Position numbers and translations under genes: made by a program. A stretch of DNA of 64,000 nt from Polyangiaceae bacterium (GTDB lineage: Bacteria > Myxococcota_A > Polyangia > Polyangiales > Polyangiaceae): assembly GCA_033763455.1 (NCBI GenBank), contig JANRKO010000006.1, positions 224,001 through 288,000 on the forward strand. The letters run 5' to 3'. Of this stretch, positions 53,765 through 62,767 are shown piece after piece (the stretch's first letter is position 1; each line of letters starts with the position of its first letter). The notes under the pieces are model-generated. The model saw nothing but the letters and a program-made list of their open reading frames with translations. It did no database searches and was not told where the DNA came from.

Positions 53765-55183
53765 TCAAGCTGGGCGGCTAAAAGCGCTAACGCCAAAGGA
53801 GCCCACCGCCAATAGGCGCGTTAGCGCTTCGTCCCACGCCAGGCCGCGCACGCGATTGCGCAGGAATTCGCCGTTTGAATCCACGCTTGGCGCATTTGTA
53901 TCTTGGATACGTGCGATGCATTTTCCGGAGGTCAATTCTGGTGTGATCTGCCAAATCAAGCTTTCATCAATTCCGCTGTCGTGACAAGCCACCCACACCG
54001 CGGGGCGATCGTCGAGTAGTCCGACGACGGCTGCTGTGGGTGTCTGCAACCCTCGGCAGAGCGTAAAGGACCGTGCGCCATCACAAGATACGAAGACTCC
54101 AAGCTCAGTATCCCAAACCACCACTAGGTTCAGCAAAGCCTCAAGCTTCGGAGCTCGCGTTCGAGTGAACCTTTTGGCATCTTCAGGGTTGACCAAGACT
54201 CCGTGGGATTCAGGTGCGTCGGGCATCCAGGTGAAAACTTGGAGTGCGCCGTCTAACCAGCCGAGCCCCGTGAGGCCCAAGCCACTTGAGCAGACATCCA
54301 GCGCCTTAGGTTCTCGCTGTTGCGGGAGCCAGGTGGTCCCAAGATCTTGGCTGAGCCACATCGTGCCGTCGGAAAGCAGCCACAGATGCTCGGCCCCCGC
54401 GTTAGGGTACTTGCCAAGTTTGACGCTGCCCCCACCATTGCTCCCTGGAGGCCTTCCCAGCAACTCGGGCTGGCTGGCTCGCGCGTGCCGGCGGCCCAAA
54501 AATCCTCGATCCGTGAGGTAGACTGCGGTGTCGTGGCAGAGGGCGAGCTGGGCGATATTTCCCCCTTCCACACTGCATCGGATCTGGTTGTGTCCCAGCT
54601 CAGCGAGCCAAACTAAGTCCGGGCCGCCAGACACCCAGGCTACCTTGGAGCAATCCACAGCAGTGAAGGACTTGTCGTGAGAAAGTCGTTCTTCGTGCCA
54701 GAGGCTCGATTCCTCAGTGATAAGAGTGAATCTGTCGTCAATGGCGATATCTTGGAATTGCAAGGCGAGAGCCCCGTCGTCTGTTGCTTCAAAAGACGGC
54801 AACGAAAAATCTTCGATGAGCGTCTCGGTAGCAAGCTCGCGCTCATTAAGCGTTACCTCAGCGTCAAGGCCCGATAACAGGAGCCCGACGTCAGTTTCTG
54901 ACGGCAGAAGATCATCAGACGTTGACTCAAGGTGGCTTGTCTCATTGAGGAGGCTTGCCATATCGAAAGTAATGGCGGTGTCTTTTTCAGCGTCCAAAGG
55001 GAGTGTTGGCAGGCGGAGCTCAAAATCGACGTTGTTGGCATCGCCCACGGCACCCTCGTCCTCCCCGATATCCTCGAACGGGTGAAGTGGAACCTCCTCA
55101 TCCAGGAAGCCGTCTTCGTCGTCACTCCTGTGCTCGGCGTGCGGTGCGTTGGAGCCTTCTCTAGGGAAGTTTGAACACTTCAT
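53765..55183 (-). CDS. Hypothetical protein: acidic N-terminus plus Asp-box (BNR) beta-propeller-like domain
   Basis: D/E-rich first ~150 aa; SQDLGTTW and SCDGARSF Asp-box motifs; GAGG RBS. Confidence 0.7.
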   Translation of the reverse strand: MKCSNFPREGSNAPHAEHRSDDEDGFLDEEVPLHPFEDIGEDEGAVGDANNVDFELRLPTLPLDAEKDTAITFDMASLLNETSHLESTSDDLLPSETDVGLLLSGLDAEVTLNERELATETLIEDFSLPSFEATDDGALALQFQDIAIDDRFTLITEESSLWHEERLSHDKSFTAVDCSKVAWVSGGPDLVWLAELGHNQIRCSVEGGNIAQLALCHDTAVYLTDRGFLGRRHARASQPELLGRPPGSNGGGSVKLGKYPNAGAEHLWLLSDGTMWLSQDLGTTWLPQQREPKALDVCSSGLGLTGLGWLDGALQVFTWMPDAPESHGVLVNPEDAKRFTRTRAPKLEALLNLVVVWDTELGVFVSCDGARSFTLCRGLQTPTAAVVGLLDDRPAVWVACHDSGIDESLIWQITPELTSGKCIARIQDTNAPSVDSNGEFLRNRVRGLAWDEALTRLLAVGSFGVSAFSRPA

Positions 55184-55283
55184 TGCTACCTCGCGGACTT
55201 CACTCAGGGTTTAGGAAAAGGAGTTTTGTTTCAGACAAATTCCTCTAGCACGTGTCATAGGGGTGATGTAGCTTCCGCCGGCT

Positions 55284-55523
55284 GTGCCCGAGGCCGCCTT
55301 GATTGACACTGACATGGTGACACACTCTGTACGTGTTGCCGCGCGTGACGTTGTGTACGTTAAGGGGTTGCTTGAGGCGAGCGAGGGGCTGGCGGCGGTA
55401 TTCGCTGTGAAGGGCGGGGACCTAACATTGGCGACATCTTGGTCACAAGATGCCGAACTCCGCGCGTTCATTTCGGATCTCAGTGAAGAGTTGGAGCTTC
55501 AGGTGGTGTCGAATGGCGGTTGA
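55284..55523 (+). CDS. Small protein, DUF4911-like
   Basis: RVAARDVVYVKGLLEASEGLAAVF matches the DUF4911 pattern as I recall it; overlaps the next gene. Confidence 0.65.
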   Translation: MPEAALIDTDMVTHSVRVAARDVVYVKGLLEASEGLAAVFAVKGGDLTLATSWSQDAELRAFISDLSEELELQVVSNGG

Positions 55524-56145
55524 GCCGGCTCCCGAAGAGCGTGCTGTCGCAGCTTGGTGTCAGTGGCTTGAGGCTTTGGCCACGGACGCGCAGGCGGCGC
55601 TTTCGGCGTCTCTGGCATACGAGCAGCTGGAGGGCAGCCTCCGGGATGGTTGGCTGGACGCCTTGATTCAAGATCGACACCGTATTCAGGTGCCGTTGAT
55701 TGCTGTTTACGCCCCGTTGCTGGCAGTGGAGAAAGATCCCGAAAGGCGCGCACGGATCCACGCGAGTATTGGTCCGGCAGAATGGGCCGTGCCGTGCGCC
55801 AGCGCTCGAGCCCTCTGGGGCCGCACCGCACAAAGTCGGCGCGTAGGGGTCATTATTTCCCCACTTTATCTGGATTTTGTTCAGGTCCTGTCCTGTAGCT
55901 GGCAAGCTAAGCAAGGGTTCGATTGGGTTCGCCACGAACCATTTCTCGAACGCACTCGTGCGCCTGGTCCAGGCAGCTTGTTCGAGGGAGTTCGACTGGA
56001 AAGCACGCCGCTTCGCGGAATGATAGATGAACTCTCGTACGCGATCTTGGCGCATCAGCGGCAGGGGTTGCCCTTGCCAGAAGAGTTACGCACTCATGCG
56101 TCCCTCTTTCATGCGCGCCCTGCATCCGCCGCACACGCGACGTGA
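55513..56145 (+). CDS. Hypothetical protein
   Basis: ATG at 55513 with AGGTGG upstream; overlaps both flanking genes. Confidence 0.65.
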   Translation: MAVEPAPEERAVAAWCQWLEALATDAQAALSASLAYEQLEGSLRDGWLDALIQDRHRIQVPLIAVYAPLLAVEKDPERRARIHASIGPAEWAVPCASARALWGRTAQSRRVGVIISPLYLDFVQVLSCSWQAKQGFDWVRHEPFLERTRAPGPGSLFEGVRLESTPLRGMIDELSYAILAHQRQGLPLPEELRTHASLFHARPASAAHAT

Positions 56146-56669
56146 GACACTTACTAAGAATTTGTGCTTCCCTCCTTGTCGTTATGGCGACTGTGGCGAG
56201 CTGTAGCAGCCCGCCACCTGTCGTGGTTCCCAAGCAAAGTACTTTCGCCGGAAGCAAACCTATTCGCTTCTCCATGTTAACGCTTGATGGGGCTATCGTT
56301 TCCCGTGCCACACTGCCCCGAGCACCCCTGGCAATCTTGTTCGTAACAACCTTTGATGTTCCGTCGCAACTCGCGGCAAAGCGTCTCGCGGATGTCTCTG
56401 TGAAGATGGGCTGTGGGGCCCTCGGCATCGTGCTCGAACCCCCCGAAAATCGCATTCTGGCGGAAGCATTTGGGCGAGCCTTGCACCTGCCGTATCCTCT
56501 GGCGATGGCCGACGCCGAAATACTGAGAGGCGGCGGTCCGTTTGGTGGTGTCGTCGGAGTGCCCACGCTTCTGATCCTCGATCGGCGGGGGCGCATCGCG
56601 TACAGGAGCGAGGGGCTACCAAGTTCACAGCAAATAGCAAACGCATTTGGGTTTGCTGCTCGCCGTTAG
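56142..56669 (+). CDS. TlpA/ResA-like thioredoxin-fold lipoprotein lacking CXXC
   Basis: Lipobox VASC; FSMLTLDG, LFVTTFDVPSQ at the WCxxC position, GVPTLLILDRRGRI. Confidence 0.75.
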   Translation: MRHLLRICASLLVVMATVASCSSPPPVVVPKQSTFAGSKPIRFSMLTLDGAIVSRATLPRAPLAILFVTTFDVPSQLAAKRLADVSVKMGCGALGIVLEPPENRILAEAFGRALHLPYPLAMADAEILRGGGPFGGVVGVPTLLILDRRGRIAYRSEGLPSSQQIANAFGFAARR

Positions 56670-56820
56670 CCTAAGCCTCTGGCATGCCCGTCCTCAGGCT
56701 GCGTTGTTGTAGGCCTGATGAGAATCGCGCGAAGGAAACCTGATGAAAGTCGGGGGGCGTTTCAGCGCTAACTGGATGTCGCCCTAAAGAGGTTGGGAAG
56801 CCGCGCTTCTTGAGCGCTAA

Positions 56821-57564
56821 CTACGTCGTGCCAAAGAGCTTGGTAAGGTCCAAATCTGCAATGATAGGCCGATGATCGGAGGCTTCCTTGGCCAGTCGCG
56901 TGGTGCACGTATGCCCCTTCACGACCTGCACGTTGCCGCGAACGAAGAGGCCATCTAGCGGGCGAAGTGGGACCGCAGCAGGAAACGTGTTGCTGAGGGC
57001 GCCCGCGCGCTCAAAGCCTTGGGGCAGTAGAAATCGGGGCCCAAGTGTTCCCCAAAGATCATTCAAGTCGCCACCTAGAACAATCGGCGTATTTTTGTGA
57101 ATTCCACGGAAGGGGTCACTCGCCAGGAAACGCTCTAGTTGACGTGCACGTTCGGATCCGGCGAGGCCCAGGTGCAGGTTATGGAGCATCACGCTTCGGG
57201 TATGTTCGCCATGCCGAACATGTGCGCGAGCCTGAATGGCACCGCGCTTTTTGCGCCAGCCGACCGTAAGGTCTACTTCTTCGATATCCCCCAATGGGAA
57301 GCGGCTAAGTATCAGATTCCCATAGCCGCCCATCGCAAATCGATGCTGGCGATTGAAAGCAACGTGGCACATGCCCGTGGCCTCCGAGAGCAATTGCACC
57401 TGGTCATCAAATCTATTGCGAGGCATGTGCTCGGTCACTTCTTGGAGCAGAGCTACGTCGGGCTGATGGTGTCGCAGAAGTTCCACGACACGCTCAGGCG
57501 CGTACCGTCGGTCCACTCCGCCAATGCCCTTGTGAATATTCCAGGTGATCACCCGCAGGCGCAT
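56821..57564 (-). CDS. Endonuclease/exonuclease/phosphatase (EEP) family protein
   Basis: TWNIHKGIGG.D, LLQEV, GNLILSR, HLGL, GDLND, LD..F, SDH.P; start at MRLRVITWN. Confidence 0.92.
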   Translation of the reverse strand: MRLRVITWNIHKGIGGVDRRYAPERVVELLRHHQPDVALLQEVTEHMPRNRFDDQVQLLSEATGMCHVAFNRQHRFAMGGYGNLILSRFPLGDIEEVDLTVGWRKKRGAIQARAHVRHGEHTRSVMLHNLHLGLAGSERARQLERFLASDPFRGIHKNTPIVLGGDLNDLWGTLGPRFLLPQGFERAGALSNTFPAAVPLRPLDGLFVRGNVQVVKGHTCTTRLAKEASDHRPIIADLDLTKLFGTT

Positions 57565-57864
57565 TGCACAAAAATTGCCTCTTCTTGGCGCCGCTGTCAC
57601 TAGGCACGCGCGTTCCTGTTCCGAGAACTGTGCGCGAGCCGGCGATGTCGGCGCTAGCGCCGTGCGCCGCCCAGACCTTGCCGAGCCGTCGTAGAACCCG
57701 CCGACTCTGCGCAGAGAGCCCTCGGCACGGGCTAGCGAGGGCGTAACTACAGGCCTCTGGAGCGTTGAGCCTTCCCAGGCCCTTGACGAGGCGTCGAGCA
57801 GAGGGCTCGCTCTGCCCATGTCCGGGTGATATACGTAGGCCCCCTTAGAACTAGAGGATGACCC

Positions 57865-58422
57865 ATGATCGACGACGTTCTCGCTGAAGTGAAGCAGGCC
57901 GGCGAAAAGGCCAGAGAGGCCCTTAAACGCGAACTCTCAAAGCTGCGAACCGGACGGGCTCACGCGGGTATGTTGGACGGCCTGCGCGTGGACTATTACG
58001 GTGTCTCCACGCCGATCTCGCAGATGGCGTCGATTGGCGTGCCCGAAGCGCGGATGATCAGTGTAAAGCCTTGGGAGAAGAATCAAATGGCGGCTATCGA
58101 GCGAGCCATTCGGGAGAGTGATCTAGGCCTGAATCCACAAAATGATGGCGACGTGATCCGAATCCCAGTACCGGCCTTGAGCGAAGAACGCCGGCGAGAC
58201 CTGGTAAAGCTCGCCCGCAAGCACGGCGAAGACGCCAAGGTCGCCGTACGCAAGGGCCGCCACGAGGCACTCGATCTGCTCGCTGAGTTCAAAAAGGACG
58301 GCGAGGTAAGCGAAGATGAAGCGGAGCGCACCAAGAAGAAAGTGGAAGAGCTCGTCTCCGAAGCCACCACAAATATCGATCAGATTTTGCAGGCCAAAGA
58401 GAAGGAAATCCTCACCGTCTGA
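57865..58422 (+). CDS. frr: Ribosome recycling factor
   Basis: LRTGRA, VDYYG, LGLNPQNDG..IR..VP.LSEERR..LVK, KEKEIL; GAGGA RBS. Confidence 0.97.
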   Translation: MIDDVLAEVKQAGEKAREALKRELSKLRTGRAHAGMLDGLRVDYYGVSTPISQMASIGVPEARMISVKPWEKNQMAAIERAIRESDLGLNPQNDGDVIRIPVPALSEERRRDLVKLARKHGEDAKVAVRKGRHEALDLLAEFKKDGEVSEDEAERTKKKVEELVSEATTNIDQILQAKEKEILTV

Positions 58423-58463
58423 CCCTTTGTGCCCGCGCCAGCGAATCGCTGGCCCTCCCGATC

Positions 58464-58492
58464 TTGACAAGCCCCGCGTAGCCCCCAAGAAT
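58464..58492 (+). promoter_or_regulatory. Putative sigma70 promoter for the PP2C gene
   Basis: Perfect TTGACA, 17-nt spacer, AAGAAT. Confidence 0.4.
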
Positions 58493-58579
58493 TTCCTCCT
58501 TACCCATGCAGCTCCCAGAACAAAGAAAGCTTGCTCCCCCGGACCGGCTTTGGCTTTCGAGCTTTCATGCTGAGGCGGC

Positions 58580-59434
58580 GTGTCGATGAGGGCGGTAGCT
58601 GCAGGCGTTACAGATGTTGGCTTGCAGCGTGATCACAACGAGGACAGCTTCGCTATCCTAAGTGATGAGGAGCTGTTCATTGTTGCCGATGGCATGGGCG
58701 GGCACCGTGCCGGGGACATTGCCAGCCGGCTCGCCACCGAGGCCATTCGGGATTTCTTTCAAGTTACCGCCACCGAAGATGTCACGTGGCCCTTCCACTT
58801 TGATGCCCGTCTAACGGAAGAAGAGAACCGGTTAATGACGGGGATCCGGCTGGCGAATCGTCAGATCCTCGAACATAGCGTGCGTGTCCGCGAATGCCAG
58901 GGCATGGGCACCACGGTCGTAGGTGCGCTATTTAGCGCGAAGAAGCAGAAGATTTTCATCGGGCACGTGGGGGATAGCCGAGCGTATCGCATTCGCGGCG
59001 GGCAGATTGAGCAGCTCACTCGGGATCATTCGTTAGTTAACGATTATTTGCTGGCCATGCCAGACTTGAGTGAAGAGCAGCGGAGCGAGCTGCCGAAGAA
59101 TGTAATTACGCGTGCACTTGGCATGCAAGATCAGGTAACGGTGGATTTGCAGGGGCAGCCAGCTCTCGTCGGAGATCTCTACGTCCTGTGTTCGGATGGC
59201 TTGAGCGGAATGGTGGAGGACGAAGAGATCTTGCGAACCGTGCTGACGTATCCGGATCTTCAAGTCGCCTGCGAAAAGCTCATTGCTTTGGCAAATGAAC
59301 AAGGCGGAGAAGACAACATCACTGCTGTAGTGGTTCGCGTGGAAGGGGAGGCGCTCGGCCCTTTGGAGCGGGATCGGCCAACTGACGCCGCGGAATTGCG
59401 AAGCCCCACAGGGGCGCCAACTGGGCAGAACTAG
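58580..59434 (+). CDS. PP2C-type Ser/Thr protein phosphatase (Stp1/IreP family)
   Basis: TDVG..R.HNED, VADGMGG, GMGTT, HVGDSR.Y, TRDHS, NVITRALG, LCSDGL, GG.DNIT. Confidence 0.95.
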   Translation: MSMRAVAAGVTDVGLQRDHNEDSFAILSDEELFIVADGMGGHRAGDIASRLATEAIRDFFQVTATEDVTWPFHFDARLTEEENRLMTGIRLANRQILEHSVRVRECQGMGTTVVGALFSAKKQKIFIGHVGDSRAYRIRGGQIEQLTRDHSLVNDYLLAMPDLSEEQRSELPKNVITRALGMQDQVTVDLQGQPALVGDLYVLCSDGLSGMVEDEEILRTVLTYPDLQVACEKLIALANEQGGEDNITAVVVRVEGEALGPLERDRPTDAAELRSPTGAPTGQN

Positions 59435-59553
59435 GCCTGCCAAAGCCCGCGCCGGCAATCCTGCTTACGGGCGTCTGCCAGCCGTGGGGCACCGGGCAGC
59501 GCAGGGCAGCATGACCACCGATGTCACAATGGCGCCCGGCCCCGATCGGTACG

Positions 59554-60144
59554 TTACTTCGTGCAGTTCTTCAGGAGGATAAGCCCGTTGAGCACGTTAC
59601 AATTCGTGGTCATCGGATCGCCCTGATCGTGGATCGACGGGCAGGTGAATTCTGCAAACATCTCGCCTGGAGCGATGCGCAGGGTTTCGCCGGCCCCCGG
59701 CGCAGGTGCCGTTCGAATTGTGCAGGCTTCGACATTGACTTGATCGCCTGATGCTGAGGAAGCGAAGGTGGCACTGCCGGGTGGGATAGTGCCAACCCCA
59801 TTGGTGATCGACCCCTGTAGAAACACGCTACTTCCGGCATCTCCGGCACTGACATTGAAGTTATACGAGGAGCCATTCCCGCTGATGGTGCATTTCACCA
59901 CCGCTCCGCCAATCCCATTTTTGACTGGAACGCCTTCCGACTGCGCATTGCTTGGCACCTTGTCGCCAAAACTCACAAGACCTTGGCGCATGCAGGCCTT
60001 CCCGGGGATCGCCGCAATGTACGCCCTGAACGCGCCCTCAGCGGGTGCTTCCACGGGATCGCTGCAAGAAGCCACAGCAACTACTGACAACACAGACAAA
60101 CTTAGCGTCAAAACCCTCATTTTACCTAGGCTCCTTGTACTCAT
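59554..60144 (-). CDS. Hypothetical lipoprotein
   Basis: ATG 60144 with GAGGA RBS; signal peptide ending VASC; several paired Cys; beta-rich. Confidence 0.75.
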   Translation of the reverse strand: MSTRSLGKMRVLTLSLSVLSVVAVASCSDPVEAPAEGAFRAYIAAIPGKACMRQGLVSFGDKVPSNAQSEGVPVKNGIGGAVVKCTISGNGSSYNFNVSAGDAGSSVFLQGSITNGVGTIPPGSATFASSASGDQVNVEACTIRTAPAPGAGETLRIAPGEMFAEFTCPSIHDQGDPMTTNCNVLNGLILLKNCTK

Positions 60145-60226
60145 GCTTCCTCGGTGGCGTTCTACCACTACCGCAGCCGTTCTGTTCTGGAAAGTTGCGC
60201 GGCCCGGGGTTGGGTCGAATCGGGCG

Positions 60227-61381
60227 CTAGGCCAAGGCTTGTTCGAGATCGGCCCAAAGGTCTTTGGGTGCCTCAATACCGACGGAAAGGCGCACCAATC
60301 CATCGCTTATCCCAAGCCGGTCACGTTCGGCTTTTGGGATAGAAGCGTGGGTCATTGAGGCCGGATGCTCCGCAAGCGATTCCACAGCACCGAGGCTTTC
60401 CGCCAAAGTAAAAAGGCGCAGCTTCATTAGAAAATTCCTGGCCGGCTCGAGACCACCGCGAAGCTGCAAGCTGATCATCGCACCGGGCATGTTCATTTGT
60501 CGCGCGGCGAGCTCGTGATCTGGGTGGTCGGGCAGGCCCGGGTAGAAGACGTGTTCAACGCTGGGGTGCGCGGCAAGCTGAGTCCCGAGCTGCGCCGCGG
60601 TTTCGCAAGAGCGCCGGATACGTAGTGGTAGCGTCTTGATACCTCGCAAGGTCAGGTAACAATCGAACGGGCTTGGCACGGCTCCAAGCGCGTTCTGGGT
60701 CCACTTGAGTTGCTCGTAGAGGGTGGAATCATTGGTTAGCACCGCGCCGCCCACGACGTCCGAGTGCCCGTTGATGTACTTGGTAGTGGAGTGCACCACC
60801 GCGGTCGCACCGAGGCTTAGAGGCCGCTGAAGGATGGGCGTTGCGAAGGTGTTGTCGACCACGACGCGAACTCCGTACTTTGCGGCAACTGCAGACAGAA
60901 GCGTGATGTCGAAGACCTTGAGTGTAGGATTGGTGGGGGTTTCAAACCAAACTAAACGAGTGCTCGGTCGAAATGCGTTTTCGAAGGCACGAATGTCCCG
61001 CAGATCCAGGCGCGTAATCTCTAGGCGCTGCGTCTTTCGTGCGTGCTCAAGCAGGCGAAAAGTGCCGCCATATACATCATCTCCGCAGATGACGTGAGCT
61101 TCTGGTTGTAGCGTGGCAAGTACGTTCAATGTTGCCGCGCTGCCACTGGCAAACGCCAAGCCGAAATTTGCGCCTTCGAGGCTGGCTAAGGCTTGCTCCA
61201 GCGCTTCTCGTGTCGGGTTCCCGCTCCGCCCGTACTCGAAGCGAATGGGTCGCCCAGGCTCAGGTTGGCCGAAGGTTGTCGACAACACTATGGGCTCCGT
61301 TACCGCGCCGAGGAAAGGTTCCCGGCAGTCAGCGTGTACCGCTAGTGTCTCAAGATCCCACGAATCACGATCGATTGGCAT
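60227..61381 (-). CDS. Cystathionine gamma-lyase/synthase family PLP enzyme
   Basis: Y.R.GNPTR, DVYGGT, ETPTNP, DNTFATP, HSTTKYINGHSDV, AESLGAVESL, RLSVGIE. Confidence 0.95.
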   Translation of the reverse strand: MPIDRDSWDLETLAVHADCREPFLGAVTEPIVLSTTFGQPEPGRPIRFEYGRSGNPTREALEQALASLEGANFGLAFASGSAATLNVLATLQPEAHVICGDDVYGGTFRLLEHARKTQRLEITRLDLRDIRAFENAFRPSTRLVWFETPTNPTLKVFDITLLSAVAAKYGVRVVVDNTFATPILQRPLSLGATAVVHSTTKYINGHSDVVGGAVLTNDSTLYEQLKWTQNALGAVPSPFDCYLTLRGIKTLPLRIRRSCETAAQLGTQLAAHPSVEHVFYPGLPDHPDHELAARQMNMPGAMISLQLRGGLEPARNFLMKLRLFTLAESLGAVESLAEHPASMTHASIPKAERDRLGISDGLVRLSVGIEAPKDLWADLEQALA

Positions 61382-61422
61382 AGTGGTTACGAATGCCCCC
61401 TATTGACGCTGTCTAGCGTGTT

Positions 61423-61498
61423 TGGGGTGGATGACGGGAATTGAACCCGCGACGACCGGAATCACAATCCGGTGCTCTACCACTGAGCTACACCCACC
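61423..61498 (-). tRNA. tRNA-His (GUG) with encoded G-1 and CCA
   Basis: GGTGGGTGTAGCTCAGTGGTAGAGCACCGGATTGTGATTCCGGTCGTCGCGGGTTCAATTCCCGTCATCCACCCCA: full cloverleaf, anticodon GTG, G-1:C73 pair. Confidence 0.97.
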
Positions 61499-61576
61499 AG
61501 AACCCGGGCCAGCGCCCGGCTAGTAAGGAGCGAGCGTGTAGCCCATCGCAGCCGTCCGCATCAAGGGGCCCAGTGC

Positions 61577-62629
61577 TCAAACTTTCCAAAACCTCCGAGC
61601 TTGGGCTTTGGCTCGCTCCAGATCCTGTCGGTGAGCCTCCCCAAGTAGTGGCGTAGACGACGGCTTTTTCGCTCGTGGGCCGCCTGAGGCTCCATGCGCG
61701 AGGGGCGCCCCCAAACCGCCAAGAAGCGCCTCTAAACCTTCCTGGATCCCCTGCAGATCGTAGCCACCTTCTAGCAGGACGGCGATGGGTGTCTCGGGTG
61801 GCGCCGCGGACGCCAGCGTTCGGCCCATCTCGAAATACCCGGCTCGGCCGAGTTCCATCCCGCCCAGTGGATCCAGGCGGTGGGCATCAAAGCCAGCGCT
61901 TATGATCCATGCGTCCGCATCGAACTGCCGTAGAACGGGAACTACCAGCTCCTCGAAGGCGGTCGCGTACACCTCATCCCCCGCACCTTGAGTAAGCGGC
62001 ACGTTGAGGTTGAACCCGAGCCCTCGCCCTTCACCCACGTCGGATGCTCGCCCCGTTCCTGGATACTGCGGCCACTCGTGTAGCGAGACGTACAGCACGC
62101 GTGGGTCAGAGTAGAAGATCTGCTCGGTGCCATTGCCGTGATGTACGTCAATATCTAAGATCGCGATACGATTAGCACCTTCAGTTAACGCCACTGCAGC
62201 ACTCACGGCGGCGTTGTTGAGCAGGCAGAATCCCATGGCTCGGTCGGGAAGGGCGTGGTGGCCCGGTGGGCGAACGAGAGCCACGCCAAGTTTCGCTTCT
62301 CGGTTGCAGCGTAAGTGGCGAACGAGTTGCACCGAAGCCCCGGCCGCGCGTCTGGCGGCGGCCACCGAATGTTCTGAGTGGAAGGTATCCGCATCAAGAA
62401 ACCCGCGCCGGTCGGCCAAATGGTCGAGCTCATCCAAGTAGGTGCAAGTGTGCACAAGGCCTAGCTCTTCTGCTGTGGCGTCAATCACCCGAAGCGGATC
62501 AACATCGAACGCTGCCATTGCCTGGCGTGCCGCGTGAAGCCGTTCCGGGCGTTCGGGATGTGCGCTTGGAGCAACGTGCTTATCGAAGAGTTCATCGTCG
62601 AGTAGAACGACGGGCAAAGCCGTGGCCAT
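61577..62629 (-). CDS. Zn-dependent histone deacetylase family protein (class II-like)
   Basis: HPERPERL, RPPGHHA, GFCLLNN, DIDVHHGNGT, SAGFDAH, LEGGY; start MATAL with AAGGA RBS. Confidence 0.93.
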   Translation of the reverse strand: MATALPVVLLDDELFDKHVAPSAHPERPERLHAARQAMAAFDVDPLRVIDATAEELGLVHTCTYLDELDHLADRRGFLDADTFHSEHSVAAARRAAGASVQLVRHLRCNREAKLGVALVRPPGHHALPDRAMGFCLLNNAAVSAAVALTEGANRIAILDIDVHHGNGTEQIFYSDPRVLYVSLHEWPQYPGTGRASDVGEGRGLGFNLNVPLTQGAGDEVYATAFEELVVPVLRQFDADAWIISAGFDAHRLDPLGGMELGRAGYFEMGRTLASAAPPETPIAVLLEGGYDLQGIQEGLEALLGGLGAPLAHGASGGPRAKKPSSTPLLGEAHRQDLERAKAQARRFWKV

Positions 62630-62767
62630 AGTGTTCCTTTTTGCGCGATGATGGTATGGTCTAATCTTATCCGATGCGCGCCTCGGCGGATCGGCAGTTG
62701 GGCAAGCGCCCCGCACCGTCCTGGTCGAAGCGCTTGCTGAGGTAGCAGCTACAGGGGCCAATTCGAA

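Noticed and set aside
56714..56770. Hammerhead ribozyme suggested by CTGATGA...GAAA
   Set aside because: No stem II closes between CTGATGA and GAAA, and I could not build consistent stems I and III around a UH cleavage site
61423..61498. tRNA-His as an integration site for a genomic island
   Set aside because: No integrase nearby, no duplicated tRNA 3' end noticed, and both neighbours are housekeeping-type genes
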